From NCBI GenBank assembly GCA_965232515.1, contig CBDDPY010000002.1, positions 5,248,001 to 5,312,000 of the forward strand: a DNA stretch of 64,000 nucleotides, written 5' to 3'. A program made the translations under genes and the position numbers. This stretch comes from Alphaproteobacteria bacterium (lineage in GTDB: Bacteria > Pseudomonadota > Alphaproteobacteria > GCA-2731375). A model generated the notes under the pieces. It saw only the letters and a list, made by a program, of their open reading frames with translations. It was not told where the DNA came from and did not search any database. Within the stretch, counting starts at the first letter, position 1, and each line of letters starts with the position of its first letter. Of this stretch, positions 11,311 through 21,277 are shown in pieces.

Positions 11311-12776
11311 CGCGCCTGTCGAACGCCACGCTGGGCCGGGTCCCCGACGGCATCGCGCGGCCGAATTACGACCGCGCCCTGCTCACGCCCGGCATCGTCC
11401 ATATCGGCGTCGGCAACTTTCACCGGGCGCATCAGGCCTGGTACCTGCACCGCCTGATGCAGGCCGGGCAGGCGTTCGACTGGGCCATTGTCGGCGCCGG
11501 CGTGCGCGGCCAGGACGCGCGCATGCGCGAAAAGCTGCTGGCGCAGGACTGCCTTACGAACCTCATCGAACTCGAGCCCACCGGCAAATCCGCCGAGATC
11601 GTGGGGTCGATGATCGACTATCTGCCCATCGAGGACGGAAATGCACCCCTCATCGCGCGGATGGCGGATCCGGCGATCCGGATCGTCGCGCTGACCGTGA
11701 CGGAAGGCGGCTACTACCTCAATCCCGCGACCAACTGTTTCGATGCGGATCACCCGGATATGCGCCACGACGCCGCAATCCCCGACACGCCGCGAACCGC
11801 GTTCGGCGCCATGGTTGCCGCGCTGAAGCTTCGGCGCGATCGGGGTGTCGGGCCGTTTACGGGACAGAGCTGCGACAATCTGTTGGGGAACGGCCGCGTC
11901 CTGCGCCAGACCGTCGTTTCGCTGGCGGGTCTGTCGGACCCGGATCTGGCCGACTGGATCGACGCAAACTGCAGCTTCCCCAACGCCATGGTCGATTGCA
12001 TCGTGCCAGCGACGGGCTCGCAAGAGATCGCGCTCACCCGCGCGTTCGGCGTCGACGACCGCGCGCCCGTGACCCATGAGAGATTCCGCCAGTGGGTCAT
12101 CGAGGATGACTTCTGCGCGGGCCGCCCGGATTGGGACCGCGTTGGCGCGACGTTTACCGACGATGTGCGCGCCTACGAAATGATGAAGCTCCGCATCCTC
12201 AACGCCGGACATCAGATCCTCGCCAATCCGGGCGAGATCCTCTCGATCGACACGATTGCGGGCTGCATGGCCCATCCATTGATCGCCGCATTCTTTCGAA
12301 AGGTTCTGACCGAAGAGATCGTGCCGCATGTCGAGGCAGTGCCCGGAATGACTCCACGGCAGTATGTCAACCTCATCGACCGCCGTTTCAGCAACGACGC
12401 CATCGTGGACACAACCCGGCGGGTCGCCTTCGACGGCGCGTCACGCCATGCCGGCTTTGTCCTTCCGATCGTTCGCGACGGATTGGCGTCGGATACGCCG
12501 ATAGCCGGGCTTGCGCTGGTCGAGGCCATGTGGGCGCGGATGTGCGAGGGCACGCGCGAAGACGGCGGCGCAATCGCGCCCAACGATCCGCTCTGGGACG
12601 ATCTGATCGCGGCGGCGAAAGCGGCGCGGGATCGCCCGCGCGCCTGGCTCGAGCAACGGCCGTTCTATGGCGATCTGATCGACGCGCCGCGCTTCGCCGA
12701 CGCATTCGGGCACTGGCTCGGCGTGATCTGGTCGCAGGGATGCGAAACCGCCCTGCGGGAATACATCGGCGAATAA
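11298..12776 (+). CDS. mtlK: Mannitol 2-dehydrogenase
   Basis: IVHIGVGNFHRAHQA, TVTEGGY, SCDN, MKLRILNAGH; GTG start at 11298 inferred. Confidence 0.88.
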   Translation: MDELTRLSNATLGRVPDGIARPNYDRALLTPGIVHIGVGNFHRAHQAWYLHRLMQAGQAFDWAIVGAGVRGQDARMREKLLAQDCLTNLIELEPTGKSAEIVGSMIDYLPIEDGNAPLIARMADPAIRIVALTVTEGGYYLNPATNCFDADHPDMRHDAAIPDTPRTAFGAMVAALKLRRDRGVGPFTGQSCDNLLGNGRVLRQTVVSLAGLSDPDLADWIDANCSFPNAMVDCIVPATGSQEIALTRAFGVDDRAPVTHERFRQWVIEDDFCAGRPDWDRVGATFTDDVRAYEMMKLRILNAGHQILANPGEILSIDTIAGCMAHPLIAAFFRKVLTEEIVPHVEAVPGMTPRQYVNLIDRRFSNDAIVDTTRRVAFDGASRHAGFVLPIVRDGLASDTPIAGLALVEAMWARMCEGTREDGGAIAPNDPLWDDLIAAAKAARDRPRAWLEQRPFYGDLIDAPRFADAFGHWLGVIWSQGCETALREYIGE

Positions 12777-12779
12777 GCC

Positions 12780-13685
12780 TCAATCCGGGAAGTGGCGCTT
12801 GGCGTCTGCCTTGATGTGGTCGATCAGGACGCGCAGGCGTGGCGGCATCCGGCGGCGGTGCACGTAGGTGGCGGAGATCGTGCCCGGCCGGTGGTGCCAG
12901 TCCGGCAGGATGCGCACGAGGTCGCCATACTTTAATTCGTTCCGCACCGCGTAGTTCGGCAGCAGGCCGGCCGCCGCGCCCTCCAGCACGAACTGCTTCG
13001 CCGTCAGGCCGGAATTGGTCCGGAAGGTCGAGTTCAGCCGCACGGTCAGGTGCTCGCTGTCGCCGCGGTCGAGCGTCAGCCGGTCGAAATCCGGAAAGAT
13101 CGTCAGCGCCACCCAGGGCCGGTGCGCCAGATCGTAGGGCGAGCGCACGGCGCCGACGCGTGCGAGATAAGCGGGCGACGCGCAGGGGATCATGGCGAAG
13201 TCGCAGATTTTCACCGCGTGCAGCTCGGTGTTCTTCAGCCAGCCGACGCGGAAGGCCAGATCGTAGCCGCCCTCGATCAGGTCCGTGATCGCGTCCTGCA
13301 CGTCGAGCTCGACCGAGATCTTCGGATGCGCGGTATGAAACCGCGCGATGCTGCCGGTCAGATAATGCACCGCCAGATTTTGCGAGGCGGTGATGCGGAT
13401 CAGGCCAGACGGGCTCTCCTGCTGCGTTTCCAGCCGGTTCACCGCCGTCGACACCGTGTCCAGCATGGCGCTGCCGGCCTGGCACAGCTCGTCGCCCTCC
13501 TGCGTCACCGAGATCGACCGCGTCGACCGGTTCAGCAGCCGTACCTGAAGCTGCCGTTCCAGGTCCGAGACATGCTGGCTGACCACCGATTTGCTCAGGC
13601 CCAACGCCTCGGCGGCGCCGGTGAACGAGCCGGCCTCGACCACGCGCTGGAAGATGCCGATGCGGTAGAGAATCTTCAGGTCCAT
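12780..13685 (-). CDS. LysR family regulator (DmlR-like), divergent from the iso cluster
   Basis: GSFTGAAEALGLSKSVVSQHVSDLE...LLNRSTR; ATG at 13685. Confidence 0.9.
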   Translation of the reverse strand: MDLKILYRIGIFQRVVEAGSFTGAAEALGLSKSVVSQHVSDLERQLQVRLLNRSTRSISVTQEGDELCQAGSAMLDTVSTAVNRLETQQESPSGLIRITASQNLAVHYLTGSIARFHTAHPKISVELDVQDAITDLIEGGYDLAFRVGWLKNTELHAVKICDFAMIPCASPAYLARVGAVRSPYDLAHRPWVALTIFPDFDRLTLDRGDSEHLTVRLNSTFRTNSGLTAKQFVLEGAAAGLLPNYAVRNELKYGDLVRILPDWHHRPGTISATYVHRRRMPPRLRVLIDHIKADAKRHFPD

Positions 13686-13796
13686 TGTTCGATTATACCG
13701 AACAATCCGTTTCGGCAATGGCCATAGCCGGGCCACGCGCCGCTCCCCTATCGTCTTGGGCAACGATGTTTATCGATTTCTGACGGAGTTCAGTCG

Positions 13797-15026
13797 ATGC
13801 CGGGACCGCTTGATGGCGTACGCATCATCGATCTGACGACCATGTTGTCGGGCCCCTGGGCCACCATGATCCTGGCCGACCAGGGCGCCGATGTGATCAA
13901 GGTCGAGGTGCCAGGCGCCGGCGACCACGTGCGCTCGCTCGGCAATCAGAGCGCCGGCATGTCGGCCATGTTCCTCAACATCAACCGCAACAAGCGCTCG
14001 GTGACGCTGGACCTGAAATCGGACGCCGGCAAGGACCTGCTGCGGCGGCTGGCGAAGACGGCCGACGTGTTCGTGCAGAATTTCCGCCCCGGCGTCGTCG
14101 ACCGACTCGGCATCGGCTACGACGACATCGCAGCCGTCAATCCGTCAATTCTGTATGTCTCGATCTCCGGCTTCGGCGAGGCCGGGCCCTATGCCGGCAA
14201 GCCGGTCTACGACCCCGTGATCCAGGCGGTCTCCGGCCTGACCACCGTGCAGGCCGGCTCGGACGCGGAACGGCCGCGGCTGGTGCGCACGGTCCTGCCG
14301 GACAAGGTCTCGGCCATCACCGCCGCGCAGACCATCGCCTCGGGCCTGTTCGCGCGCGAGCGCACGGGCCAGGGCCAGCACGTCAAGCTGTCCATGCTCG
14401 ACGCCGTGCTCGCCTTCCTGTGGGCGAGCGACTTCGGCGCGCAGACCTATCCCGAGCGCCCGACCACCAACCAGGCGGCCGCCAGCTTCATCGACCTGAT
14501 CTACGAAACCAGCGACGGTTTCATGACCGTCGCGGTGATGAGCAACAAGGAGTGGGTGGCGCTGACCCGGGCGCTCGGCAGGCCGGAATGGCTGGAGGAC
14601 GAACGGTTCGCGACGCCGTCGGCCCGCGACCGCCATGTCGACGAGCGGCTGCAGATGACGCAAGAGGTGCTGAAGACACGCACGACGGCAGAGTGGCTCG
14701 AACGTCTCGAGGCCGAGGGCGTGCCCTGCGCGCCGGCGCTGACTCGCAACGAGGTGATCGATTTTCCGCAGGTCGTCGCTGGCGACTCCATCGTCGAGTA
14801 TCGGCATCATGCCGCCGGTCTGCTGCGCCAGGCGCGGCCGCCGGCGCGCTACCAGCAGACACCGGCCGAGATCCGCGTCGGCGCGCCGCTGCTGGGCGAG
14901 CACAATGAAGAGATCCTGTCCGAGATCGGTCTGTCGGAAGCCGAGATCGGGCAATTCAGGGCCAGCGGCGCGATCGGCGCCGAGCAGCAGGCCCGCGCCG
15001 CCGACATGTCCGCGGCGGACGACTAA
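13797..15026 (+). CDS. isoG: CaiB/BaiF CoA-transferase, IsoG-like
   Basis: GPLDGVRIIDLT, DQGADVIKVE, NRNKRS, NFRPG, YDPVIQA; first gene of an isoGHI-ABCDEF arrangement. Confidence 0.8.
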   Translation: MPGPLDGVRIIDLTTMLSGPWATMILADQGADVIKVEVPGAGDHVRSLGNQSAGMSAMFLNINRNKRSVTLDLKSDAGKDLLRRLAKTADVFVQNFRPGVVDRLGIGYDDIAAVNPSILYVSISGFGEAGPYAGKPVYDPVIQAVSGLTTVQAGSDAERPRLVRTVLPDKVSAITAAQTIASGLFARERTGQGQHVKLSMLDAVLAFLWASDFGAQTYPERPTTNQAAASFIDLIYETSDGFMTVAVMSNKEWVALTRALGRPEWLEDERFATPSARDRHVDERLQMTQEVLKTRTTAEWLERLEAEGVPCAPALTRNEVIDFPQVVAGDSIVEYRHHAAGLLRQARPPARYQQTPAEIRVGAPLLGEHNEEILSEIGLSEAEIGQFRASGAIGAEQQARAADMSAADD

Positions 15027-15055
15027 GGCAAGCGCTCGGGGGGAGAGACGGACGC

Positions 15056-15736
15056 ATGGCAACCTATCTGATCGTCGGCAGCGACCGCGGCATCGGCCTG
15101 GCCATCTGCGAGCAGTTGCACGCGCGCGGCGACGAAGTTATCGCCGCCTGTCTCGGCAACGGCGACGACCTGACCCGCCAGGGCATCCGGGTGATCCGGC
15201 AGATCGACGTGACGTCGGACGAGGCCGCCCAGCGGCTCGGAGAGACTCTGCGCGGCGACGACATAAGCCTCGACGTCGTCATTCACGTCGCAGGCGTGCT
15301 GGGGCTGGACGAGCTCGGCAACATCGATTTCGACGACGTCCGGCGGCAGATCGAGATCAACACCATCGGTCCGTTGCGCATCGCGCAGGCCGTCCTCGAC
15401 CAGCTCGGCGAGGGCGCGAAGCTCGGCATCGTCACCAGCCGCGTCGGCTCGCTCGCCGACAACGGCAGCGGCGGCATGTACGCCTACCGGGTCTCGAAAT
15501 GCGCTGCCAACATGGTCGGCCTCAACCTGCACCATGACCTGGCGAAGCGCGGCATCTCAGTGCTGCTGCTGCATCCCGGCATGGTCGCGACCGATCTGAC
15601 CAAGGATCTGCCGGGGGACTTTGACTACATCCAGCCAACCGAAGCCGCGGCCGGCCTGATCCGCAACATGGACGAGCTGACGCCGGAGACGGCGGGCCGG
15701 TTCCGGCACGCGAACGGGGACTATCTGCCGTGGTGA
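15056..15736 (+). CDS. isoH: SDR dehydrogenase, IsoH-like (glutathione-conjugate dehydrogenase)
   Basis: VGSDRGIG, RRQIEINTIGPLR, TSRVGSLADNGSGGMYAYRVSK, LHPGMVATDLTKD match recalled Rhodococcus IsoH. Confidence 0.82.
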   Translation: MATYLIVGSDRGIGLAICEQLHARGDEVIAACLGNGDDLTRQGIRVIRQIDVTSDEAAQRLGETLRGDDISLDVVIHVAGVLGLDELGNIDFDDVRRQIEINTIGPLRIAQAVLDQLGEGAKLGIVTSRVGSLADNGSGGMYAYRVSKCAANMVGLNLHHDLAKRGISVLLLHPGMVATDLTKDLPGDFDYIQPTEAAAGLIRNMDELTPETAGRFRHANGDYLPW

Positions 15737-15832
15737 GGTGCGGAACGTAAAGCCGTTTGATCCGCCAAGAAAACGCCCGGCCGGCAACGCATTCGGTTAT
15801 CGGGGTCGAAAAACGAAGGGGAGGACGATCAC

Positions 15833-16585
15833 ATGATGAAGGTCTATCAATACGTGCCAGGCTGGACCGTCGCCTGCATCAGTCCCTATGTCTCCAAGCT
15901 CGCGAACTATCTGCGCATGGTCGGACATCCGTTCGAGCTGGTACAGCAGGACCTGTCGCGCCTGCAGGAAGACGCGCCGCGCGGCAAGCTGCCGTTCATC
16001 ATCGACGATGACGGCACCAAGGTGGCGGATTCCAACGAGATCATCGCCTATCACAAGGCGAAATACGGCGACAAACTCGACGCCGACCTGACGCGGGAAG
16101 AAAAGGCCGTGGCCACGGCCTGGATGCGGCTGATCGACGAGCACCTCTACTGGTCCGGCGTCATTCAGCCGCGCTGGCGCATGGACGACGGCTGGGAAAC
16201 CTATGTGCCGATCATCTGCGGCGGCGCCACCGAGATTCCGGCCGAGGTCCGCGAAGGCCTCGACGCCTTCCGCGTCCATATCCGCGACGAGTTCGTGCAT
16301 CAGGGCATGGGCCTCAAGACCGACGAGGAAGTCCTCGAGACCTTCAAGGTCGATGTCGACGCCATGGAAGACTTCCTGCACCACAAGAGCTTCTTCATGG
16401 GTCCGAACCCGACCTCGATCGACGCGGCCGTGTTTTCGATCCTGACGCATATGATCGAAAGCCCGTTTGCCTGGCCGGGGCGCGATTACATCCGCGGCAA
16501 GCAGTCGTTCGTCGACTACATGGCGCGCATGCGAGAACGCTTCGATCTTGATTTCGGCATTGCGCCGGGGGCCGAAGCCGCCTGA
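15833..16585 (+). CDS. isoI: Glutathione S-transferase, IsoI-like (epoxide-GSH conjugation)
   Basis: YVPGW..ISPYVSK, GKLPFI.DDGTKVADSN, EHLYWSG.IQPRW, GWETYVP match recalled IsoI. Confidence 0.82.
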   Translation: MMKVYQYVPGWTVACISPYVSKLANYLRMVGHPFELVQQDLSRLQEDAPRGKLPFIIDDDGTKVADSNEIIAYHKAKYGDKLDADLTREEKAVATAWMRLIDEHLYWSGVIQPRWRMDDGWETYVPIICGGATEIPAEVREGLDAFRVHIRDEFVHQGMGLKTDEEVLETFKVDVDAMEDFLHHKSFFMGPNPTSIDAAVFSILTHMIESPFAWPGRDYIRGKQSFVDYMARMRERFDLDFGIAPGAEAA

Positions 16586-16710
16586 CGGCGGGCCATCGGC
16601 CATGCGCGGGCCGCAGCCCGCATCTCCACTTTTTGCCGCCGCACCGCACGTGCCGGCCGGCCCGCGCGCGGCCGGCCGCAGCGGGCGAGGTCATCTCGAA
16701 AGGACCTGAT

Positions 16711-18207
16711 ATGGCATTGCTTAATCGCGACGACTGGTACGACATCGCCCGCGACGTCGACTGGACCTTCAGCTACGTCGACCGGGACGAGGCCTTCCCC
16801 GAGGAATGGGTCGGCGCCAAGGGCATTCCGCTCGAAGCCTGGGAGGATTGGGAGGAGCCGTTCCGGGTCTCCTACCGCGACTACGTCAAGGTCCAGCGCG
16901 AGAAGGAAACCGGCGTCGGCGCTATTCGCGACGCCATGATGCGGGCCAATCTCTACGCCCATCTCGATGCCGGCCACCAGGCTTCGTCGCATCTGCACAT
17001 GGGCACGACCTGCATGGTCGAGCAGATGGCCGTCACCATGCAGAGCCGCTTCTGCCGTTTCGCCCCGTCGCCGAAATGGCGCAGCCTCGGCGTGTTCGGC
17101 ATGCTCGACGAGATCCGCCACGCCCAGCTCGACATGCGTTTCTCGCACGACCTGTTGAAGGACGAGCCGCGGTTCGACTGGTGTCAAAAGGCGTTCCACA
17201 CCAACGAGTGGGGCGTGATCGCGGTCCGGAACTTCTTCGACGACGTCATGCTGAACGCCGACTGCATCGAGGCGGCGCTCGCCACCAGTCTCACCGTCGA
17301 GCACGGCTTCACCAACATTCAGTTCGTGGCGCTGGCGTCGGACGCCATGGACGCCGGCGACATCAACTTCTCGAACCTGCTGTCCAGCATCCAGACCGAC
17401 GAGGCGCGTCACGCCCAGGTCGGCTTCCCGACGCTCGACGTGATCATCAAGCACGATCCCGCCCGCGCGCAGCGGATCATCGACATCGCCTTCTGGCGCT
17501 CGGTCCGGCTGTTCCAGACGCTGACCGGCACGGCCATGGACTATTACACGCCGGTCGAGAAGCGGAAGATGTCGTTCAAGGAGTTCATGCTCGAGTGGAT
17601 CGTCAAGCACCACGAACGCATCCTGCGCGACTACGGCCTGAAGCTGCCGTGGTACTGGGACAAGTTCCTGCTGGCCCTCGACCACGGCCACCATGCGCTG
17701 CAGATCGGCACCTGGTTCTGGCGCCCGACGCTGTTCTGGAAGCCGAACGGCGGTATCTCCAAGGCCGAGCGCCGCTGGCTGAATGAGAAGTACCCGTCCT
17801 GGGAAGACAGCTGGGGCGTGCTCTGGGACGAGATCATCAAGAACATCCGCGCCGGCCGAATGGAAAAGACCCTGCCGGAGACGCTGCCGGCACTCTGCAA
17901 CCTGACGCAGTTGCCGCTCGGTTCGGCTATCGACCGGCATCACCTGGCCAAACACCAGGTCGAGTACCAGGGCCGCGTCTATCACTTCGATTCCGACGTC
18001 TCGCGCTGGATCTTCGAACTCGAGCCTGATCGCTATGCCGGCCACATGAACGTCGTCGACCGCTTTATCGCCGGTCAGATCCAGCCGATGAACCTGGAAG
18101 GCGGCCTCAACTGGATGGGCCTGACGCCCGATGTGATGGGCGATGACGCCCACGACTATCGCTGGGCTCTGGACGAGGCCGAGCAGCCGTTGCAGGCGGC
18201 CGAATGA
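16711..18207 (+). CDS. isoA: Soluble di-iron alkene/isoprene monooxygenase alpha subunit
   Basis: MALLNRDDWYDIARD start; iron ligands MVEQM, DEIRH, TVEHG, DEARH. Confidence 0.9.
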   Translation: MALLNRDDWYDIARDVDWTFSYVDRDEAFPEEWVGAKGIPLEAWEDWEEPFRVSYRDYVKVQREKETGVGAIRDAMMRANLYAHLDAGHQASSHLHMGTTCMVEQMAVTMQSRFCRFAPSPKWRSLGVFGMLDEIRHAQLDMRFSHDLLKDEPRFDWCQKAFHTNEWGVIAVRNFFDDVMLNADCIEAALATSLTVEHGFTNIQFVALASDAMDAGDINFSNLLSSIQTDEARHAQVGFPTLDVIIKHDPARAQRIIDIAFWRSVRLFQTLTGTAMDYYTPVEKRKMSFKEFMLEWIVKHHERILRDYGLKLPWYWDKFLLALDHGHHALQIGTWFWRPTLFWKPNGGISKAERRWLNEKYPSWEDSWGVLWDEIIKNIRAGRMEKTLPETLPALCNLTQLPLGSAIDRHHLAKHQVEYQGRVYHFDSDVSRWIFELEPDRYAGHMNVVDRFIAGQIQPMNLEGGLNWMGLTPDVMGDDAHDYRWALDEAEQPLQAAE

Positions 18208-18226
18208 ACCGGACAGGGAGGATGTA

Positions 18227-18493
18227 ATGGCCTTGTTTCCCATTATCGGCCGCTTCGACGGCGACTTCGTGCCGCACCTGGTGGCGGTCGACACCGAGGA
18301 CTCGATGGATCAGATCGCCGAGAAGGTGGCGGTCCATAGCGTCGGCCGCCGCATGCCGGTCAACCCTGACGCCAGCGGCTACGAAGTGCTGCTGGACGAC
18401 CGGGTGCTGGACGGCGGCCAGACGCTCGAGGCGCTGATGGGCGAGACGCCTGTGCCGCCGCTGCAATGGTTCGACGTCAGGTGGAAGACGTGA
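18227..18493 (+). CDS. isoB: Monooxygenase gamma subunit (TmoB/IsoB family)
   Basis: MALFPIIGRFDGDFVPHLVAVDTEDSMDQIAEKVAVHSVGRR. Confidence 0.87.
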   Translation: MALFPIIGRFDGDFVPHLVAVDTEDSMDQIAEKVAVHSVGRRMPVNPDASGYEVLLDDRVLDGGQTLEALMGETPVPPLQWFDVRWKT

Positions 18494-18843
18494 CGGACGC
18501 CGCTACGGTCGTTCCAATCAGCGACGTCACATACGTCGAGATCTGCGCCGAGGACGAGCTGTGGGATGGCGAGATGGACGCCTTCGATGTCGGCGAGCAC
18601 GAGGTGCTGCTGATCCGTCTCGACGGCCGCTATCACGCCTACGACGGCATCTGCCCGCATCAGAGCGTGTCGCTGGTCGACGGTGAGCTGACCGAAGCCG
18701 GCGTGCTGATCTGCAGCGCCCACCAATGGCAGTTCGACGCCGCCTCCGGCAACGGGGTCAATCCGGCGACGGCCTGCCTGAAGCGCTTTCCCGTGAAAGT
18801 CGAGGACGGCCGCGTGTTCGTCGGCGATCAGCCGTTGGGCTGA
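18490..18843 (+). CDS. isoC: Rieske ferredoxin
   Basis: CPHQ...CSAH Rieske ligands; GTG overlaps the isoB stop. Confidence 0.88.
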   Translation: MTDAATVVPISDVTYVEICAEDELWDGEMDAFDVGEHEVLLIRLDGRYHAYDGICPHQSVSLVDGELTEAGVLICSAHQWQFDAASGNGVNPATACLKRFPVKVEDGRVFVGDQPLG

Positions 18844-18872
18844 CGCCGCGGACCGCGAAAAGGGAGAACGAC

Positions 18873-19184
18873 ATGAACGAAACAGCCGATGCCGCTGAGG
18901 GTATGAACGAAGACTTGGTCGGCCCGGTGATCCGCGCCGGCGATCTGGCCGAGGCCGTGATCGACGCCGTGGCCGAGGACAACCCGCACAGCGAGGTGAC
19001 CGTCGTGGACCGCGGCGACTACGTGCGCATCCACACCGAGCGCGAATGCCGGCTGACAAAATCGTCGCTGGAAAAGCATCTCGGCCGGGACTTCGATCTC
19101 GCGCTCCTGGAAGCGGAGATGCCGTCCTTCAAGGGCCGCATGCGCTCCAAATGGGACGAGATGGTCTGGTTCTACAGCAACTGA
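18873..19184 (+). CDS. isoD: Coupling/effector protein (MmoB/TmoD family)
   Basis: VGPVIRAGDLAEAVIDAVAEDNP...DRGDYVRIH...MPSFKGR. Confidence 0.88.
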   Translation: MNETADAAEGMNEDLVGPVIRAGDLAEAVIDAVAEDNPHSEVTVVDRGDYVRIHTERECRLTKSSLEKHLGRDFDLALLEAEMPSFKGRMRSKWDEMVWFYSN

Positions 19185-19217
19185 CGCGGCCGTTGACCGG
19201 CCCGAGGAGAGGAAGAC

Positions 19218-20243
19218 ATGGCACAGCCAGCCGGCAACCGGCGCGAACGGCGCCGCAAGACCTGGAGCGCGCTGGGCGATCTCGGCCGCAAGCCGACGGA
19301 ATACGAGATCGTCACGCACGGCATGAACCATACCGGCGGCGAGACGCCGCTGGAGATGGGCCCCGACGTCCACGGCAATGCCTGGCTGAAGAAGTATCGC
19401 GACGACATCGCGCTGAAGGTCGGCAACTGGGACGAATTCCGCGATCCCGACCAGCTCACCTACGGCAAATACGTCCGCCTGCAGGACGAGCAGGAGGCCT
19501 ATATCGACAACCTGCTCGAGGAGTACACCGAGCGCAAGCCGTCGGACGAAAAGCTGTCGAGCACGGCGCTGGCGTTTCTCGGTTCATGCCTCACGCCCGG
19601 CCGCTATCTGGTGCACGGCCAGCAGATGATGTCGGCCTATATTCAGCAGATCGCGGCTTCGAGCTACGTCGCCAACGGCGCCTCGTTCCAGGCCGCCGAT
19701 CAGCTGCGCCGGGTGCAGCGCATCGCCTACCGCACCAAGCAGCTCGATCTCGCGCATCCGACCCACGGCTTCGGCAGCAGCGAGCGCGGGATCTGGGAGA
19801 ACGAGCCGCTCTGGCAGCCCATGCGCCAGGCGGTCGAACGGTTGCTCGTCACCTTCGCCTGGGACGAGGCGCTGATCGCCACCAATCTCGTGGTAAAGCC
19901 GATCTGCGACGACATCTTCCTGCGGCAGTTTGCCCGGGTCGCCTGGTCGCTCGACGACGGCCTCGACGCGCTGATCGCCGACAACCTCTATCGCGATGCC
20001 GAGCGGCACCAGCGCTTTATCGTCGCCGCCTGCCAGCACGCTATCGCCGCCGACCGGGCGAATCGCGACGTGATCTGGGGCCATGTCGAGGCCTGGCAGG
20101 AGACTGGCGAGGCCATCATCGTATCCGGCGCCAAGCTGATCACGCAGCACGCTGACGGCATGGTCGCGGGCGAGATCGAGGCCGAATTGCGAAGCGCTTG
20201 GCAGCAGCTGCTACGGGACGCCGGCCTGACCCACGATGCCTGA
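19218..20243 (+). CDS. isoE: Monooxygenase beta subunit
   Basis: KTWSAL..RKPTEYEIVT, WDEFRDPDQLTYGKYV, QAADQLRRVQRIAYRT. Confidence 0.88.
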   Translation: MAQPAGNRRERRRKTWSALGDLGRKPTEYEIVTHGMNHTGGETPLEMGPDVHGNAWLKKYRDDIALKVGNWDEFRDPDQLTYGKYVRLQDEQEAYIDNLLEEYTERKPSDEKLSSTALAFLGSCLTPGRYLVHGQQMMSAYIQQIAASSYVANGASFQAADQLRRVQRIAYRTKQLDLAHPTHGFGSSERGIWENEPLWQPMRQAVERLLVTFAWDEALIATNLVVKPICDDIFLRQFARVAWSLDDGLDALIADNLYRDAERHQRFIVAACQHAIAADRANRDVIWGHVEAWQETGEAIIVSGAKLITQHADGMVAGEIEAELRSAWQQLLRDAGLTHDA

Positions 20244-21267
20244 CGGCGGCGCCGGGGCACGGTCGTATCGGATCACGCTGTCGGGCAGCGGCGCGACGTT
20301 CGATTGTCGGTCCGACGAGACGTTGCTGCGGGCCGGTCTCGCCGCCGGTCTGGCCATGCCGTATGAATGCGCCAGCGGCGCCTGCGGTTCCTGCAAGGCG
20401 CGGCTGGTCGACGGCGAGGTGAACATGCGCTGGCCGGACGCCCCCGGCCTGTCGGCGCGCGACCGGGCGAAGGGCAACCGTATCCTCTGCTGTCAGTCCC
20501 TGCCGACCGAGGACTGCACCATCAACGTGCGGGCCGAGGCCGGCAGTCCGGAACCGGCGCCCCGTCCGATATCGGCCGAGGTCGCGGAGATCGCCGACCT
20601 CTGCGACGGCGTGCGCCGGATCGTGCTGACCACCGCGACGCCGATTGATTTCCTTGCCGGTCAGTTCGTGCTGCTACGCCTGCCGGGCGACGGCGGCTAC
20701 CGCGCCTATTCCATGGCCAACGCGCCGGCGGGCACGACAGACCTGATTCTCCTGATCAAGGCCAAGCCGGGCGGCCAGGCAACGGCGCATTTGTTCGATC
20801 GCATGGCCGTTGGCGACGGCGTCGATCTCGAGGGTCCCTATGGGCGGGGCTATTTGCGCGAGGACAGCGACCGGCCGCTGATCGCCGTTGCCGGCGGTTC
20901 GGGGTTGGCGCCGATGCTGTCGATCGTGCGCCGCGCGGTCGGTCTGTGGCCGGACAGGCCGGTGCATCTCTATTTCGGCGCCGACACGCGGGCGGCGCTG
21001 TTCTGCCTCGACGAAATCGCCGCACTGGCGGCGCTGTTTCCCCGCTTCCGTCCGACGCTGGCGTTGCGCGATGGCCGGCCGGACGCCGGTTCGCTGCCTG
21101 TCGAGACCGGCCTGGTCGGCGACGTCATGTTGCGCGGCGAACCCGACCCGCAGGGAGCGGACCTCTATCTCGCCGGGCCCGGCGGCATGGTCGATGCCGT
21201 GCTGGCCCAGACCGTCCGCGCCAACGCCATCCCCGCCGACCGCGTGTTCTTCGATCGCTTCGTTTGA
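20236..21267 (+). CDS. isoF: Ferredoxin-NAD(P)H reductase
   Basis: 2Fe-2S CASGACGSC..C, RAYSMAN, EGPYG, AGGSGLAP, C-terminal DRF. Confidence 0.88.
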   Translation: MPDGGAGARSYRITLSGSGATFDCRSDETLLRAGLAAGLAMPYECASGACGSCKARLVDGEVNMRWPDAPGLSARDRAKGNRILCCQSLPTEDCTINVRAEAGSPEPAPRPISAEVAEIADLCDGVRRIVLTTATPIDFLAGQFVLLRLPGDGGYRAYSMANAPAGTTDLILLIKAKPGGQATAHLFDRMAVGDGVDLEGPYGRGYLREDSDRPLIAVAGGSGLAPMLSIVRRAVGLWPDRPVHLYFGADTRAALFCLDEIAALAALFPRFRPTLALRDGRPDAGSLPVETGLVGDVMLRGEPDPQGADLYLAGPGGMVDAVLAQTVRANAIPADRVFFDRFV

Positions 21268-21277
21268 GCAAACCGCC